The notes under the pieces are model-generated. The model did not search any database. It worked only from the letters and a program-made list of their open reading frames with translations, and was not told the origin of the DNA. Below, piece by piece: positions 61,791-64,000 of a stretch of DNA of 64,000 bases. The DNA is taken from assembly GCA_964234715.1 (NCBI GenBank), contig OZ174275.1; one strand, written 5' to 3'. A program made the translations under genes and the position numbers. The DNA is from Podarcis melisellensis (Eukaryota). The first letter of the stretch is position 1, and each line of letters opens with the position of its first letter.

Positions 61791-64000
61791 ACTTGATTGT
61801 CACTGTCTACGATAAGACAGATCTGTTGTCCCATCTTTTATGTAGTGCAGATCTCCTGTTCGGACAAGGTGGCCGCCTACTCTCACATCTCATATGTAAG
61901 GCATACTGGCATAACCTGAAGAGGTGTTATATCCTTGTGTGTGCTGTTGAATGTGTGGAAAACATTTTGATTTTATAAAGATTGAACACACAATGCAAAA
62001 TGAGCCACCTCCAGGCGTGTGCTTTACTAAAAAGGGAAGTAGATATATAGGCATTAGGTAGAATTAATGAATATGAAAGCTATGCATTATACAGTGGCTC
62101 AAGACAGCCTATAAAGGTTCTGATAGCAGAAATTTTGATTTGGTCAGTAACCTGCTTTATAATTATATTGCATAATAATGGTAACTTCTCAAGTTGATAA
62201 GGCAGCAAAAGTGGTTTGGAAAATACTTTTTGTATGTGATATGGTTGCTTATACTTTTTACTCATCAGTTATTTCCCAACATTAAAGTGAAAGTGACACG
62301 GTTGGCTAGATAGGTACATACAGCAATTGTATAGGAATGGTTAGGGTTATATATAGACTATCATGAAGACACCGAAGAGAGGTTCTTCCATGCAAGTTCT
62401 GTTGAAGTGAATAGGAGCAGCACAATCTTGTGTCGCCCCCCTTCATTCAATGTAACTTGTACAAGAGAAATTCCCAGTGGATTATATCTTATCTAACCTT
62501 GTGCTCCAGGCAGCCTGCACAATATGTTCTCTAATAAATTAGTGAAGTTTTATTATCTGTTAGACATTTGCTTGGTCTCATTCAAATGAGTAGATCTGCC
62601 CTTGTTTTGAATGAGTCAGGAATATGAACTCTTCTCAGAGCAGTCTTACATCGATTCTCTCTAAATGTCTAAATATTGAAATGATAATATAATGATCTAA
62701 ATTTATATCAGTATTTTAACAGTGAAAGGCACTGATTGCCATTCTAATTACATCCCATAGCTTGATGCTAGAGCCACACTTACTTGGGAATTTGGTATCA
62801 TTCAAGCAAATTTAATTTCGAGTAAACGTGTTAAGAATTTACGTGCCAGAGTGTTAAAAATATGTTCCTGAGAGAATGCACCAAATCTTTTTATCATTGA
62901 TCATTTCCAGCTTGGGGGGAAAGAATGCCCACCTCTGTCCGTGCTCGGTGACTTGCATCCTGCCTAGAAGTTCAAACAAGATAAGCATGTGGAATTATTT
63001 TCGCATGTGAAATGGAAAATACTGGTCAGTGTGGCTGCGTTGTGCATGCAGAAACAAATGAATAAGGTCTGTGACATTTAATCACATAATCAGTTAATCA
63101 AAATATTTTGAACAAATGAACACACACACACGGTAATTATAAGTACTATTGATGACCAATTCCATCATAGAAGTATCTCCAGCCCTTGTGTGAGAGAATG
63201 GGGAGTCCCTTTTCTAAGATGATGTGTGCTACCGCACACGTTTTTATTTAGAACTACTGGGTTGTATCCCATGTTGCATGAGCTCTTTCTCTTTGCCCTC
63301 TCTACAGGCCACTGTGCCTGCCAAAATCCTCTCCAAAGGGCTGGGAGAACCTGCCCAACATTGTGAGCTGTCCTCTGGGCTGCAAGGGGATGCAGGGTGC
63401 TGGCGGGGGGAGCAAGGTGTTGAGTGAGATTGCCTTCTGCTTATGCCATATTGGGTGCAACCCTTAGTTTCTCATATGCAATAATTGTGCAGATTTGACT
63501 AATTCTTTAATTATTTGACTAAACCTGAGTTCATTATTGATATTTTAATTGGTGGCAGCCCTATTCTAAGATAAAAAATTCCACTCCACCCCCAGATCCA
63601 AGATTTTTGCATTAAGAAGCAGCCATACGTTATTTCAAATACACTAACATACTTTATTCTAACTGAATTGTGTATTTTTTAAAGAAAATATAGATAAAAA
63701 CCAATTTTTATGTGTTTTATTTGAATGAATGAATGAAATAAGTAAATAAATAGATAGAAGAAAATGTAGATAATTGCAGTAGGCTGTGGTAAAGAGCATG
63801 TTAGGAAAGCGTCATGATCTGGGTTTGTATGAGGAAATCAATGAATCTTTGTTACGGCATGGAAAACGCAATTGTATAGTAGAAGTCTGCACTGCCACCC
63901 CTGGAAATGGGCCAGGATCCTCTTTAACCCAGGCTACAAGACCACTGACTGAAAAGAGAAGTACTCTGTACCAAACAATGAATTCAGAAACTTACATAAA

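Noticed and set aside
62000-64000. 3' end of a convergent neighbouring gene
   Set aside because: No recognisable minus-strand exon or protein similarity in this stretch.

Overview
Vertebrate genomic DNA, AT-rich and CpG-depleted. The repeat content (a Sauria/POM-type SINE, a tRNA-Lys/CR1 SINE, lizard pogo/Tigger- and Tc2-type MITEs) points to a squamate, most likely a lacertid lizard. The window holds coding exons 2-9 of SLC49A4 (DIRC2, a lysosomal MFS transporter) on the + strand: 11802-11895, 22421-22683, 26748-26877, 33568-33676, 34242-34309, 39877-40004, 55360-55542 and 58375-58490 (stop TGA). All introns are GT-AG with compatible phases. Exon 1 and the promoter lie upstream of the window, and about 5.5 kb of 3' UTR/flank follows the stop. 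The rest is intron, containing non-autonomous DNA transposons (TA- and 8-bp-TSD MITEs, several nested), SINEs, truncated LINEs (Rex1/Babar, CR1, L2, a very decayed L1/Tx1-like RT), microsatellites and one 163-N assembly gap. Almost all ORFs in the supplied track are spurious or repeat-derived. I cannot demonstrate a new biological system. The best leads are: (i) an unexplained 158-nt fold-back hairpin without a TSD in intron 4; (ii) intronic TGACAG (MEIS/TALE) motif clusters that look like developmental enhancers inside a housekeeping gene; (iii) inverted MITE pairs bracketing exons 2-7, whose circularisation would give a stop-free 792-nt ORF; and (iv) a nested MITE remnant that supplies a branch-point-like motif just before exon 7.
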